Part shown: positions 25,151 through 38,398 of the stretch, in pieces
Layout of the letters: each line of letters begins with the position of its first letter
How positions within the stretch are numbered: the stretch's first letter is position 1
Source of the DNA: Isurus oxyrinchus
Taxonomy: Eukaryota
DNA: 64,000 nt
NCBI GenBank assembly: GCA_026770705.1
Contig: JANJGN010000210.1
Location: forward strand, 186,001-250,000
Direction: 5' to 3'
Made by a program: the position numbers and the translations under genes
Notes under the pieces: generated by a model
What the model saw: the letters and a program-made list of their open reading frames with translations, nothing else
Databases searched by the model: none
What the model was told of the DNA's origin: nothing

Positions 25151-25700
25151 ATCACTGCAGGAGTTCCTCAGAATAATGTCCTCGGCCCAACCACCTTCAG
25201 CTGCTTCATATCCACCTTCCTTCCATCATAAGATCAGAAGTGGGGATATTTTGTGGATAATTGCACAATGTTCAACACATTTCGCGACTCCTCAGATACT
25301 AAAGCAGTTCATGCCCATATGCAGCAAGATCTGGACAACATCAGGCTTGAGCTGACAAGGGGCAGATAGCATTCAAGCCGCACAAGTGCCAGGCAATGAA
25401 CATCTCCAACAAAACAGAATCTAACCATCGTCCCTTGACATTCAATGGCATTACCATCACTGAATCCCAAACTGTCACCACACTCGGGGTTATCATTGAC
25501 AAGAAACTGAACTGGCCTAGGCATATAAATACTGTGGCTACAAGATCAGTTTGGAGGTTAGGAATCCTGTGGCGAGCAACTCACCTCCTCACTTCCCAAA
25601 GCCTGTCCACCGTCTACAAGGCACAAGTCAGGGGTTTGATGGAATATTCTCCACTTTCCCGGATGAGTGCAGTTCTCACGGCACTCAAGAAGCTTGACAC
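25110..25700 (+). mobile_element. HER1/CR1-group LINE RT fragment
   Basis: DITAGVPQNNVLGPTTF...LGVIIDKKLNW...YKAQVRGLMEYSP. Confidence 0.85.
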
Positions 25701-28159
25701 ACACCGACGTCCACGAGACCGCCCCCACACCTCGCCTGCACCAAAGTGGGTCCGCCCCGCACTTTATCCTGAATGTTTAAAACATGAACAATATTCCAGT
25801 GAGAATGCATGAAATTCCATCCTTCCAGCGCCGCCTCCACCATTACCGTCGTACATCGGCTCAGTACCTGTTTGGCCTCAATGGTTAAAAACCTGAGATA
25901 TTTCCCTGTGAAGATCAACGAAAGAGGCCCCCATGCCGTCTTCTCTCACTAGTTAAAGATTTCTACCATTGAGCTGTGACAGGCGAATAGCACCTGGTCT
26001 ATGGAGTAGCTCTGTGTCTGTCTGCATGCTTTGAGACACGTACAGAATGTGGAACATGAAACTGAGACTAGGAACGATGGGTGATGCAGAGGGAGTTTGA
26101 ATAAAATGAGACCCAGTACGGTGCATGTGCAGAGAAACAACAACAGAGGGACATAGGTGAAGGTGAGATTGAACACATTGAGTGGTAAGGAGACACATCA
26201 ACAGAGAGAGATGCAAAATGCTGAGGTGAGGACAGTTAGTGATATAAAGAGCGAACAGCAGAATGATATCGATGTGGAGATGTGTTGATAAATATAAATG
26301 CACAGAAAGTAATTGGTTGATAATTACTGTTCTCCCACATGACCCTTGGTGCCATGAACTGCGGTAAAGCGATCATCACAGCTCTGTGTAATAATAATAG
26401 ATGAAAGAGACAAACACTGACTGAAGTTCTAGGGCACACGCACAATCTGTAGTGACACCAGGAAACATGAGAATTCGTGAAACCTGCTGGTTTTAATAAG
26501 GAAAATAGGAATGACGCTGGAGGAAACAATGGGAAACAAAGGCAAAAAATAACAAACAGCAATGTAGGTGGAGGTTTATTATTCCATATATTATACTGTT
26601 TCAGGCCGTGGCAGAGCAGAGCTCAGCTCTTTAATAGAACCTGACTTGTGAGTGTAACAGCCCATAGCATGAGCGAAACTAGCCAGGGTTTCCTGTCCGC
26701 TCTGCGCTCATTCTGCCTCTGAGGTTTGCCAGAAAAGGACAAAGGTAAAGGGCTCTTTATTCTGATGTGACAATGGATGACGCAATGGCTCCTTCACTGA
26801 GGGGCCTTGAGTTCAAACACAAACGACCCAGGACTGCCAAAGAAACCCTGTCAGGGAAAGGGGAAAAATCATGTTATTGGGAAAATGCAGCGGTGTGGAG
26901 GAGCCTTGGAGAAAATCATTCATCAAAGTCCAAATTAATTCATCATCATTCAACATTTGTTCGCAATTTCACAAAGAATATTTTAGAGTATTTTTCTAAT
27001 AATTGACAGAAAGTGTTTATAACAACTGGACATCACCTTGAGAAAAAAAGTACACGTGAACAGAGAAAAGTGGGGTTTAGTGTAGAGAGAAGAGAACAAT
27101 TGAGTGCAAAACAAGGAACACTTTAATGCTAGACATCTGGAATATTCAAACAACTGTGAAAATCTAAGATATATTTCTATTACAGCCAGAATCACCTCAC
27201 ACACTTCAAATCGCATTTATCTGTTTCCTCTGTTAACTGAAGACATTTTACTTTGAGAATTGTCAAGAGGACATATTTTATATTCATACCATAGTGATCT
27301 TAATAAACGGGTGTGGAAAATCCACGGCGTTGGCCATTCAACGGGTCATATGATAAAGGGCTGAACCAAAGTTTTATGACGTGAGGAATTTATCTAGGCC
27401 TTACTGTCCACGAGACGTTTGTAGATTTTTCCAACCGCTTCAGGCAGATTTAAATGTGAATGGATTGAATCTTCTCACTTTCACCAGAGTGACGGCAGCG
27501 CTGTGGAAAATAGTGAAGAGGAACGGGATGATAAATTTAGAAGCGGTTATTCAGGTGTTGTTGCTCTCTTCTTCGTTGTCTTCAATCCAGATGCAGTCTG
27601 AGAAATCTACGAGAGTGTAGAGGAGAAAAGCTAATCAGATGGGTTAATAACCCGGGCACAATATTAGTGTAGATTCTCTTTTCTCCTCCTGAAGGTACAT
27701 GTTTCTTCTCTACTTTACTTTTCAATGTGCTTCTTGTAGTATGTTAATCACTCTGAACAATTTCTCTGTTTCTATCTCCACTGCTGCTCTTCCTGAATGA
27801 TCCTCTAAGTCACACTGAAATATTGAATTCTGATACTAATCACTGGCAAGGCGCGTGAGTGAAAGGTTTGGGAGATTGTGAAATAGATACAAAACTGTGG
27901 AGGAAAGATGCGCTCCGAGATGGGTGCTGCCAGTTTCGGATCTGGGTTTAATATCCGACTAGAAGGATGAAAATATTTAGAACAATCTGTTATTTCCTGT
28001 CGAATTCTAAACCAGACACTATGAATTCCCCCATGTTCCTTCCTGATGAAACTGGCCTTACTGCCTGGTGAATCTATGTTTAATTAGTGTGTTATCCAGG
28101 CGTTGTATTGACCCTCTGAGTTTGAAGCATTCTGGATTTGTGCTACAGCAACAATTAGC

Positions 28160-28480
28160 GATGATCCAGTGTTCCAGGATCCTTCTGAGTTAATGCTTCG
28201 GGAAAGGCAGACTTTCGGTACTCAACAAACTAACTTGCTCCCACTCTGTTCCAGTATATTCAGTGTCCCGGGGAAGTTCTAAGATATTACTGAAGATATA
28301 TAACTTGGGGAATGAAGCGAGGTCTCCAAACTTACCAAACAAGTTATTTGCTGATTTTCACAATGGAAACAAAACGTTTCCTCTAACTATCGCAAGGGTG
28401 ATTCTCGCCAAGAGCGTGGTGTATTTCTATGCTATGAACCGACATTGTTGCAGAGATATAGCGGATCCCATGCTGAAACC
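28160..28480 (+). pseudogene. Degenerate V relic with decayed 24-spacer RSS
   Basis: ..LLKIY..FADFHNGNKTFPLTIARVILAKSVVYFYAMN then GACATTG-24-GCTGAAACC. Confidence 0.7.
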
Positions 28481-29446
28481 CTCACTGGGAGTTCAACTGT
28501 GATCTCGCATCGATAAAGAGAAACAATAATTCAATCACCGCAAAGAGAGTCAAAGGGACATTCCTGAAAGATCATAACAAAACACAATACTCAACAAGAA
28601 GAGGTCAGGAACACTTGCAGAATTATATTAGATTATTTAAATTCGCATTTGTATTATAACCGACCTTCATATGTTTATTTACTTTAATTTACACAATGTA
28701 TTTTACTGCAGTTTCAGTGCCTGTCTGTAATATTGAACAACCATTTTTTAATCTCCCTTTTCAGTTTCCTGGAGCCTTATAGCTAGAGCTGTTCACAGGG
28801 TTTATTTGATCAGAGTGTGTTGCTGGGTCAGAAAATGTTTATGCACAATGAACAGATTTCACAAGGGTGCGTTCTTTAAAACAAACCCCAAGTACAGATT
28901 GAGCTTCAGAATGTTTCCTTAATGCTGGAATGTTTTCTGTCACCATTAACAATCCCGAGTTTGCTTGTGACAATGAACAGACCGGGATTTCATTCCCCCA
29001 ACCTCCGTCTCTACAAGTGCAGCCATTCCCCTATCAGGGAACTGACTGCAGTCCAGCTCGGGATATTTCCCTTCAATGTCAGACAGCTCACCACCGACGG
29101 ATCTCCCAGGCCAACGGAGACACAAGGAAGTGAAGTGAGAGCATCTTGAGACACGACAGCAAATTATTGAGGGTGGGGTTTAGAATGGATGTCTTCAAAT
29201 CAGATTCTGTGATGGCTCTCTCGGTCGGATAGAGTTCTGCAGTTTATCCTGTCGGTCGCTCCTGGAAACGGTTAGTAACAGTTTGATCCGAGGTTAATGT
29301 AGTTTCCTCTCGGTTTGTGTTTGAGAGGCCGACAAGCTGACACTGCATCTTCCCGAGATTCTCTACAAACCCCAACAGACAGGAGCCCTTATTCACAGTG
29401 CCAAGGCAGTTTTTGCACAGGGGTGACACTGCTTTCCATCACTGTG

Positions 29447-29910
29447 AGTCTGAGAGCGCAGTAATACACGGCAGCGTCAGTCAGCTACAGACCAGAGATG
29501 GTTAAACTGGTGAAGTTATTCGAGGTCTGGAGCTCTGCAGAGAAACGGGTCTTAGAAAAATCTGCTTTATCTTCACCACCGCTCGAGTGTTTTCACAATA
29601 TAAACTCAGGCTGTGAGTTTGGATGGTGCCGGCACCAGAAAAAATAATAGTTGCTCATTGTCTCATAGGTACAGTTTAAAGTCACCGCTTCTCCTTCTGC
29701 CTTTCCCTCTGAGGACAGCGGCTGAATAACATAATCTCCACGACTCAGATCTGTACAACATGTTCAAACAGAAAATGGTCGGACCGAGAACTGTTTAAAA
29801 TTCACGTTTACGGCATTTTTTGACAAATAGGGGAAAATAGTAAATATGTCTGGCTCATATTTACCTGTCAGAAATGCTTCCCACACAACCCAGATGCTGA
29901 GTAGCCGCAT
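29447..29910 (-). pseudogene. V pseudogene (family A)
   Basis: Intact leader 29865-29910; V exon 29447-29750 with in-frame TGA and TAG; RSS CACAGTG-23-GCAAAAACT at 29408-29446. Confidence 0.9.
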
Positions 29911-31352
29911 TGTCGCTGTCTGTTCTGTAAAAAGGGGAGTTGGATATTTGAAGATAGCCGTTCTAAACCCCACCCTGAACAATCTGCTGTCGTGTCTCAT
30001 GATGTTCTCACCTCACTCTCTTCTGTCCCCAGTGGTGATGTGAGGACGTCAGCTGTGAACTGGCTCCCAATGAGTTGAAAAATCCAGAGCTGGGGTACAG
30101 TCAGTGTTCTTATAGGTGAAATGGTTTCGCAGTTAGACTAAAACCCTTACTTAGTTGTTGTAACCGGAAGCATGGGTTTGCTGATTTAGTTTGTTTATTC
30201 TGGCGTCAATTCTTCAGCTGAAGTTCCAGTAGCCTTAACAACAGGATACAGGTAACCGTGACTCCAGTGAGATTTCCCTCCTCAATCAGTGAAGTAGTGA
30301 ACTAACAATAATTTCGCCATTTTGCCAGAGTGTTTTTAGGATCCGTCATATTGAAAGGATGATATTTGCTGAAACTGAACATACACTGAGTAAAAATTAA
30401 TAATAAACTCGCGTGTAATTGAATCAGCGTTGACCTTTTCTGTGATTTGTATTTAAATTTCTGTTTCAATTTGCTCTGTGAATTCTGACATTCTTCGTGT
30501 TTGTGATGATTAATCTAACCATCCATCATATACAGGTTTGGAATTTGTGATGAGAGAGAATTTGGGTTGCGGCGCTTTTTAAGCAACTTGTCTCCTATCG
30601 CTTTAAAGTGGGCGGGAACAGAGAGCCTGAGCGGGTTCAAAGCTTCCAGGATGAGCTGCAGAGCGGGTTTTTATTAACAAGAATTGAGTACCAGCAGACT
30701 GTTTTAATAACCTTAGCTGGGGTTAGAAAATGGCTATGGAGCAGAAAAAGAAGTAAACCAGAGACATTTTTAGTTTGTCTTTCGCTCCTTTGATATCCAT
30801 TTTCACCACCGATGCATTTAGAATTACTGCGACCTCACGCCCTCTAGTGAGTATTCTGAGAAATGTTCAGTCGCCGCTGGTCAGATTGTGAGAGATTCTT
30901 TATTTAATCACTGATTTGATGTGACAGTTCATATTTGTAGGATGTTCAGTTTCAGCGGTCCTGACTTAATATTCTGAGCAAAAAAACAAACGTTTTATAT
31001 TACTGAACTAAAGACTGTAAGAAGAAATAAAAAGGGCGATGATTAAATAATAAAGACAGGCGATGAGAGGAAACAGACTGCGAAAATATAGGGAAAGGCA
31101 GGTCAGTTAAGATTCCACAGGTGTATCTGTAAATTTAATTTTTATATAAATGTGAGTTGTTGGTATGATTTTATAAATGGAGCTCCCCTGTTCTTATTGA
31201 ATGTTGTGTTTCATTGCAATTTTAAAAGTCTATGTAAATCTCATTGTGGTGGCTGAATTATTGCTTCTGTTTTTATTAAATTTATTGAATTATTTCTTTC
31301 CGTTTTATTGTTGCCTCAGTGCCCTCTAGGGACTCAAGTTGGAGCCAGCGTG

Positions 31353-31850
31353 GGTTTTTGTCCGTGATCCTCCATATCTCTGCAGCATTGTGGGGCTCCA
31401 AGGCACAGAAATACACGGCAGAGAGCAGGGTTTTGCTAATCATTACCTCAGCAGTTCAGATAGTCTTGCTAAAGCGTCAAAAGAATTGTTCTGTAAAGTC
31501 TGGGTTCCGCTTTATTATCCCTCTGCAGAGATAAAACACAAACTGTGGAGTCTGCCCAGGCTGCTGACTCTACCGGAACACATTAGGGCTGGGGTGGCTT
31601 GTTTTCAAAGTGCATGGTATGGTGACATTCCCTTCCTCTTTGACAGTCATTTCAGTTACATACTGCTCCACTAAATCCTGATTGCTCTGTTCCGACACAA
31701 ATAATGACAATATTTATCGTTACTTCATCATTACAAGCAATTTGCTATAAATAATATTTGGAATACAGTAGCCAGGGGGGAGAACGTTTTTTTTTACATA
31801 TACTTACTGAGATGCGATATAATAATGAATGGCCTGACATATTTCCACGT
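31353..31850 (-). pseudogene. V pseudogene (family B, paralog of the 5.6 kb V)
   Basis: Ends SAVYFCALEP; RSS CACAATG-24-ACAAAAACC at 31353-31392; splice acceptor and start codon decayed. Confidence 0.85.
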
Positions 31851-32655
31851 TGTCCCCCGAGTCTGTTATTCTGTTGTCCTGGAATCCTCTGTCAGCTTAG
31901 AAATAGAGATTGCCTCCCCACTGCGCTGCTGATCCAACCAATGTCAAAAAAGGCAAAGTGGCGACAATCTCTCCAATAATAAAACAGGACAGACAAGGCA
32001 GGTCAGAGCGACAACAGCAAATGGAAGCTGTGAGCGTGGCTACCGCAGGCAGTGTTAACACACGTAGGATTTATCTACAAGGAACTGAACTGAATAATAA
32101 TCACACCTTCGAAAATTATACAACTTTGCTTCTCTCTCACAATTCAGTTTAAACTTCATTCCATATTCCGAGCCACATAGATAGCAACAGAAGTGTCAGA
32201 GTAAGTATATCATTCAGTAGTAAGCGAAATCTTCTTCAGCGCTGCGGATTGAAATCAGGACCGAATACATGAGCAACTGGATTGGAGTGGTCCTGAATGA
32301 ATGTAAAAGGAAGTCGATAAACCTTAAACGTTTATATTAAACACGGGAAAAGGAAATGTGCGCAATTTTCAGAAAAGTCTGAAGACGAGTGGTCAGGAAA
32401 ACTCAGGAAGGGAAAGGTGTCGAAAACCAAAAAGGAGAAATTAGGCATGGCAGGCCGATTTGTCAGTCTCATATCTATTAGAAATACAAATTGCAATCAC
32501 AATCTAATGAGACAGTACAAGTGGACCTCAACAGTTGCTGTTATCAAGTGTGTTTTGTTGCAATTTTCAGAATCTTTCTGTCACTCTCACAGTGGAAACT
32601 GAATTACCGGTGTGTGCGCGCCCTCTGGTGAGCACTGGCTGGAACTGCCAGTGAG

Positions 32656-33340
32656 GGTTTTTGTACAGAACCCGCTATATCACTGCAGCAGTGTGGGGTC
32701 CATGGTACAGAAGTGCACGGAGGTATCGGGGATCAGTACGTTTGATAAAAATAACAAGATGACTGTGCTAACGATCAACGGATCTTCATCTTATTAGCCG
32801 GAATGTGCAAACGAACACCGACCCCAATGATTGGTTTCCTTCCACGTTTGATAAAAATAACAAGTTTACCGAGCTAACGATCCATTGATTGTTAGCTCGG
32901 TAATCTTGTTATTTTTATCAAACGTGGAAGGAAACCAATCATTGAGGTCGGTGTTCGTTTGCACATTCCGGCTAATAAGACGAAACATGTACATTGGAGG
33001 ATTCCCGGGGCACTGACGGTACCAGTACACATTTGGACTTGAATCACTTGTTTTCTAGGTGCAGGTCACTGTGACATTACTTTCTGCTTTTGACGTTATT
33101 TTAGGAATCCGTTGTTCCACTGTGTGTTGATAGCTCCATTCAAACAGAAATAATAGTAACAGACAATCAGCGCCAGCCTCCTATTGATCAACATAATCAC
33201 CAACACCGCCATCACTATTATTTTAACAACAATAACATCTGGGTTACAGCAGACAGGAGGAGAATGGAGTTTTACTGGGAAAGGAATACTTACTGAGAAG
33301 AGATATAAAGATGAGGAGAGGAGCGAGATGCTTCCCCACA
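32656..33340 (-). pseudogene. V pseudogene (family B, paralog of the 6.9 kb V) disrupted by an inverted duplication
   Basis: RSS CACACTG-24-ACAAAAACC at 32656-32695; start ATG->GTG; acceptor AG lost; FR3 interrupted by a fold-back. Confidence 0.9.
32789..32980. repeat. Near-perfect inverted repeat, 94-bp arms and 4-nt loop
   Basis: 32789-32882 is the reverse complement of 32887-32980 with few mismatches; loop CATT. Confidence 0.9.
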
Positions 33341-33649
33341 ATACTTCCTGAGTCTGTAACTCTGCAGGGCAAGAAATCTTCTGTTGGTGCAGAAATACAG
33401 ACCCCGTCCTACTGCATTGCTGATCCAATCAATGAGAGGAATGGACCAGCGGCAGCAATCCCTCCAATAACACAATCAGGTCAGTGCGGCAGCAGCAAAC
33501 GGAAGCTGTGGGCAGGGAGAAGCAGACTCAATTTTGAGGGAAATGTGCGGTGACTCTCAGCTGCACCTGGAACTGGTGGAGCGGAAATAGCGACGGTTGG
33601 ATCTTCAGAAGTCTCTGACTACCCTCCGCCTGCTCACGGTCCAAGTGTC

Positions 33650-34098
33650 TGAGGTTATGACGAGAAGGAAAAGAGGCTTTTAGTAGGTACCAGGGAAGCA
33701 AATCAGCAGAGGCATTACTGGAGGACAGACAGTGCAGGGTGGAGCTTAAGAAAGTAACTAGGAGAGCAAAGAGGGGATATGAGAAAGCACTGGCTGGTAA
33801 AAGTAGGGAAAATCCCAAGATATTCTGCAAGTGTATCAATGGGAAGAGGATAACCAGGGATAGAGTAGGGCCCATAAGGGACGGAGGTGGCAATCTATGG
33901 GTGGAGCCAGAGGACATCGCTAGAGTGTTGAATGAACACTTCACATCTGTCTTCACCCAAGAGAATGAGGATGAAGGTATGGAACTCAGGGAGAGAGACT
34001 GTGAGGTTCTTAAGCAAATTGATATAGGGAGTGACAAGGTATTGGAGGTGTTGGCGGGCTTAAAAGGGGACAAATCTCTAAGTCCGGATGATTTGTGA
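33650..34098 (+). mobile_element. CR1 LINE ORF2 internal fragment
   Basis: ORF 33739-34098 RRAKRGYEKALA..ENPKIF..LNEHFTSVFTQE..DKSLSPD. Confidence 0.9.
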
Positions 34099-35281
34099 AC
34101 AGAGGTAGAGAAATCTCTCGGATGAACGGTAACTAAAGCTTAATATGATGGACTGTTCTTCCAGACTGTTAACTCAGACACAACGGAGAACTAACTTTGT
34201 CACTCCTGTAACAAAATGCAGAATTTGTCAAATCTGGGACTGGATGTAACATTTGAAGTTTACAACTACTTAAACATAGACTCACCGTATAACAAGACCA
34301 TTGCTACCAGAAAGGAACATGGAAAGTATCTGATTTCGATTTCGACAGAAAATAACTAAACTTAGAAAGTTAGTTGATATTCTTGCTCTGATATTAAAGA
34401 GTAATCACGGATTGGGGCAGGAGTCACTTATTGAGATGCCGTGGGGGAATGTTAATGAAAACCCAGCTCTCTGATAACGGCACAGGCGACAAAATGTCAT
34501 AAGAGGCTCCGCGTTTGCCAGCCGCTGGCAATTTAAAACATAGAAATGTGAACCAATCACTGATCCAGATGGTTTTCCAGACAAACGAACCAGCTGGAAT
34601 TTCAGAACCAATATTCTGAAATATGATGCATCCAATTGGGATATTTACCGTTTTCTTTCCACAGGGCTGTTCTGACTTAAGGAAACTCGGTTGGATAATA
34701 ACGCTTGTTTTGCATGTTTAGCTTGCATTCACTGGGCCCTGTGGTAGGATTGGATATCCCTAAGCGAGCAGGGGAGCAAGAGCTGGTGGAGCCAGAGATT
34801 CAAATCCGGCTACCAGGCACAATGATTGGATTCAGTGGTACTGGAAATTATCACTCTCGACAGCAGAATTTATAATCTCCCTCTATCAGGGCAGAGCAAC
34901 CAAGGAGAGCGGACAGTTTGGCAAGTGGCTTGACAGGAAAAAGGTTATAACACTGTTTGTGGGAAGGAAGTGGTGGCTTCACACACAAGCGTGTATGGCT
35001 GCGGGAGGATACACATTGTAGGAAACGGTTACCGATCCTGTACAACAACTCTCATTCTTCTCAATCGTCGAGTTAATTACTTTCATCCTCACCATCTCGA
35101 TTATCATTTTGGCAGTACAACAAATGAGAATTGTCGTATTGTCTTATAGTGTATCTGCCAAAGATCTGAAACGTTAATGGTTCCGATGCTGTGGGTAGAC
35201 ACATTTGTAGGAGCGCGAAAGGATCTGGGATTACCCAGCAATTGTGATTTCACCCAGATACATCAAATACAATGGGTCAAC

Positions 35282-35447
35282 NNNNNNNNNNNNNNNNNNN
35301 NNNNNNNNNNNNNNNNNNNNNNNNNNNNNNNNNNNNNNNNNNNNNNNNNNNNNNNNNNNNNNNNNNNNNNNNNNNNNNNNNNNNNNNNNNNNNNNNNNNN
35401 NNNNNNNNNNNNNNNNNNNNNNNNNNNNNNNNNNNNNNNNNNNNNNN
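35282..35447. other. Assembly gap (166 N)
   Basis: Run of N. Confidence 1.
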
Positions 35448-36644
35448 ACAGTGTTCAGCAGAAGGTAAATTAATGAAGGTGTGTGGGAAAACCAGGGATG
35501 CATTGTGGATTGATATATTTTTGCTGTTTAGCTGTATACCTCTGGGATTTAGCACCCTTGTTACACAATGGCTGGTGAACCTGATGACTGTTGAAAATAA
35601 CGTGTTAACCAATACCTCTGGAACCAGCTGCTCCTACTGAACAAGTCACCAGTTATCTCCAACGTTAAGTTTAAAGATCAGAAGTGTATGTGAGGAATTT
35701 AATCTCTATTGACAAACTGGTAAGTTTGTATTATTGCAGTGAATGAAGTTAGTTAAAAACAATCCATTGCTGTGCACTTGTTTATGTTTTGTGTGAAATC
35801 ACCAGATACAACATTTCAAATCAAGAATGAAACACAAGTTGATATCTGCAGGGGAAAGTTAGCGGTTTCTGTTTGCCTTTCACTCCATCGATCTCCTCTA
35901 TCAATACACTGAATGGTTACAGAATGGTATCTGCAAGATGCACTGCAGGAACTCACCAAGTCTCCTTTGACAGCACCTTCCAAACCCCCGGCCACTAGCA
36001 TCTAGAAGGACAAGGGCAGTAGATGGATGGGAACACCACCAGCTGGACGTTCCCCTCCAAGTCACTCACTATCCTGACTTGGAAATATACCGCCGTTCCT
36101 TCACTTTCGCTGGGTCAAAATCTTGGATCTCCCTCCCTAACAGCCCTGTGGGTGTACACTGCTGCAATGGAAATTTCAATTTTTGGAATGAGTCTCTAGC
36201 AGCAATATGAGGGAAATTGCGCGCTCAAAATTTCTGAAATTTAACCAAGAAATATCAGCAACATCTTCTGTGACCACCTATTGTGGCTATTTGAATGCAT
36301 ATGTGTGTTTGCGCTTGTGTGTTTATCTGTATGTATACGTGCAGTGCTCCGATGTTCTCCAGCAGATTACTCAATAGCGATCATGTTTCTCAGCTACTGG
36401 AAGGGTTTTTTTTATTTATTCATGGGATGTGGGCGACGCTGGCTGGGCCAGCATTTCTTGCCCATCTTTTATTGCCCTTGAGAAGGTGGTGGTGAGCTGC
36501 CTTCTTAAACAACTGCCGACAGTACTAGTAGGGAGGTGGTTCCAGGATTTTGACCCAGTGACAGTGATGGAACGGCGATATATTTCCAGGTCAGGATGGT
36601 GTGATGCTTGGAGGGTAACTTCTAGAAGGTGTTGTGTGTTTGTG

Positions 36645-36698
36645 TGATTATGACAGTATCCAGCAGAGGGTAGCTTGCTAAAGGTCTGCTTGTGTGGT

Positions 36699-36777
<79 letters not shown>

Positions 36778-36901
36778 TTCTGTATATGTGTATGTGCGTG
36801 ATTATAGCAGTGTTCAGCAGATGGTAGATTGCTGCAGAGGTGTGTGTTTGTGTCTGTGTGTGTGAGGTTATGACGGTGTCCAGCAGAGAGTAAGGTGCCA
36901 A

Positions 36902-36959
<58 letters not shown>

Positions 36960-37105
36960 ATGTGTGATTATGGCAGTGTCCAGCAGAGTGTAGGTTGCTG
37001 AAGGGGTGTCTGTATGTGAATGTGTATGTGAGTGTGGATGTGTCTGTGTGTGTTGTGTGTGCGTGTGTGCGTGTGATACCGAAAGTGTCCAGCAGAGCAG
37101 CAAAC
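36645..37105 (+). repeat. Compound array: about 5 copies of ATTATGACAGTGTCCAGCAGAGGGTAGATTGCTAAAGG separated by (TG)n
   Basis: Units at about 36647, 36801, 36867, 36967 and 37075. Confidence 0.9.
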
Positions 37106-38065
37106 GGCGATGTCAAATTGAAGGGCCGCATCAATATTAAGGGAACCGTTTCGTTTTCTTTGTGTAAAACAGCAGATGCTATAACTGGGACTTAGCGAAC
37201 ATTTACTCCGTCACCGAGCTCCATGACCCAGTGAACACCTCAGAGCTTCCACCGATATTGGAGGTGGCAAAACAGAATTGGCGGAGGTTGCCAAGTAATT
37301 GCAGTGCAGTGATATCCAGGGCAACATACAACCTCTTCATTCTGAAAGAGGTTCCGAACCTGAATCTTCACCATTTCTTCCTGAAAGGCAAAGGCAGAAT
37401 ATTTCAAACGTAAGGGAGTAACCCTGGAAAACAGGCTGACTCTTCAAACCTCGTTTCACTGTGCAATTTGAGTTCTCTAAATAATTTGGAAATAAAAGTC
37501 TAATGATGCCTACGGAACCATTGCCGATTGTCGGTAATAAACACATCTCATTCACTAATGTCCTTTGGGGGCGTAAATCTGCCGTCCTTACCCGTTCTGG
37601 CCTACATGTGACTCCAGGCCCACATGAATGTGATTGACTCTTAAACGCCCTTTAGCAAGGGCAATTGGAGCAGGGCAATAAATGCTGGCCTAAAAGCGAC
37701 ACCCATATCCCATGAATGAATCAAAGCAAATGTTTAGAAGATCCATTTTCTTCCAGTCTCTCGGTGCGAAGATTTTCTACGTGCAGTGCCCGATAAACAG
37801 TAGGCGTTCAAATTGATAAAAGGTAATCACCACAGCTCAGAGACAGGTTAAACATAGCAGTTCAAATCGCTCATGAAACGCTGAGAATCACAAATGCTTA
37901 GAAATAAAAGAACAGAACATTCTGGAAAAAATAAAGTTTAGCCGGAAAAGATGCCTCTCAGTGGAGAGAAAATCTGAACTAAATTTTCTGATCGGGTAAC
38001 TTTTTAACCGAACTGAAAAATCTGGAAGTGAAATAAGTTCTGTTCAATCGTTTGGCAGGACAAGG

Positions 38066-38290
38066 TTTCATTGTACGGGATCCGGTTAATCTCTGTAGCA
38101 GTGTAGGGTTCATGGTGCAAAGGCACACCAGTGGCAGAGGGAAGTTCCCAGCGATATTTAAAAACATCCTTGTGATTTCCTTTAGCAAAGCAACAGATAC
38201 CTTTCCGGAGTCACAGGGACCAGGCAATAGAACGGGTGCCCTCAAATATATGACTGTCCTTTTACAGAGCGGACAGTTCAAATGCGAGCT
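38066..38290 (-). pseudogene. 5'-truncated V relic (family B-related)
   Basis: ..GKVSVALLKEITRMFLNI..LCTMNP with decayed RSS TACACTG-24-ACAATGAAA; paralog at about 57045-57260. Confidence 0.65.
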
Positions 38291-38398
38291 TTGGAATGGG
38301 TGCCTTCACTTGAGTCACGTCATCAAATTGTTGAGGGCGGGGTTTAGAATAGGTGCCTTCAAATATGCGAGTGCCCTTTGAGTGAGCAGGCAGCGACA

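Noticed and set aside
35177-35640. ORFs spanning the N run
   Set aside because: Artefacts of the assembly gap
36416-37134. Long His-Thr repeat ORFs (also 55574-56478)
   Set aside because: Translation artefacts of (CA/TG)n
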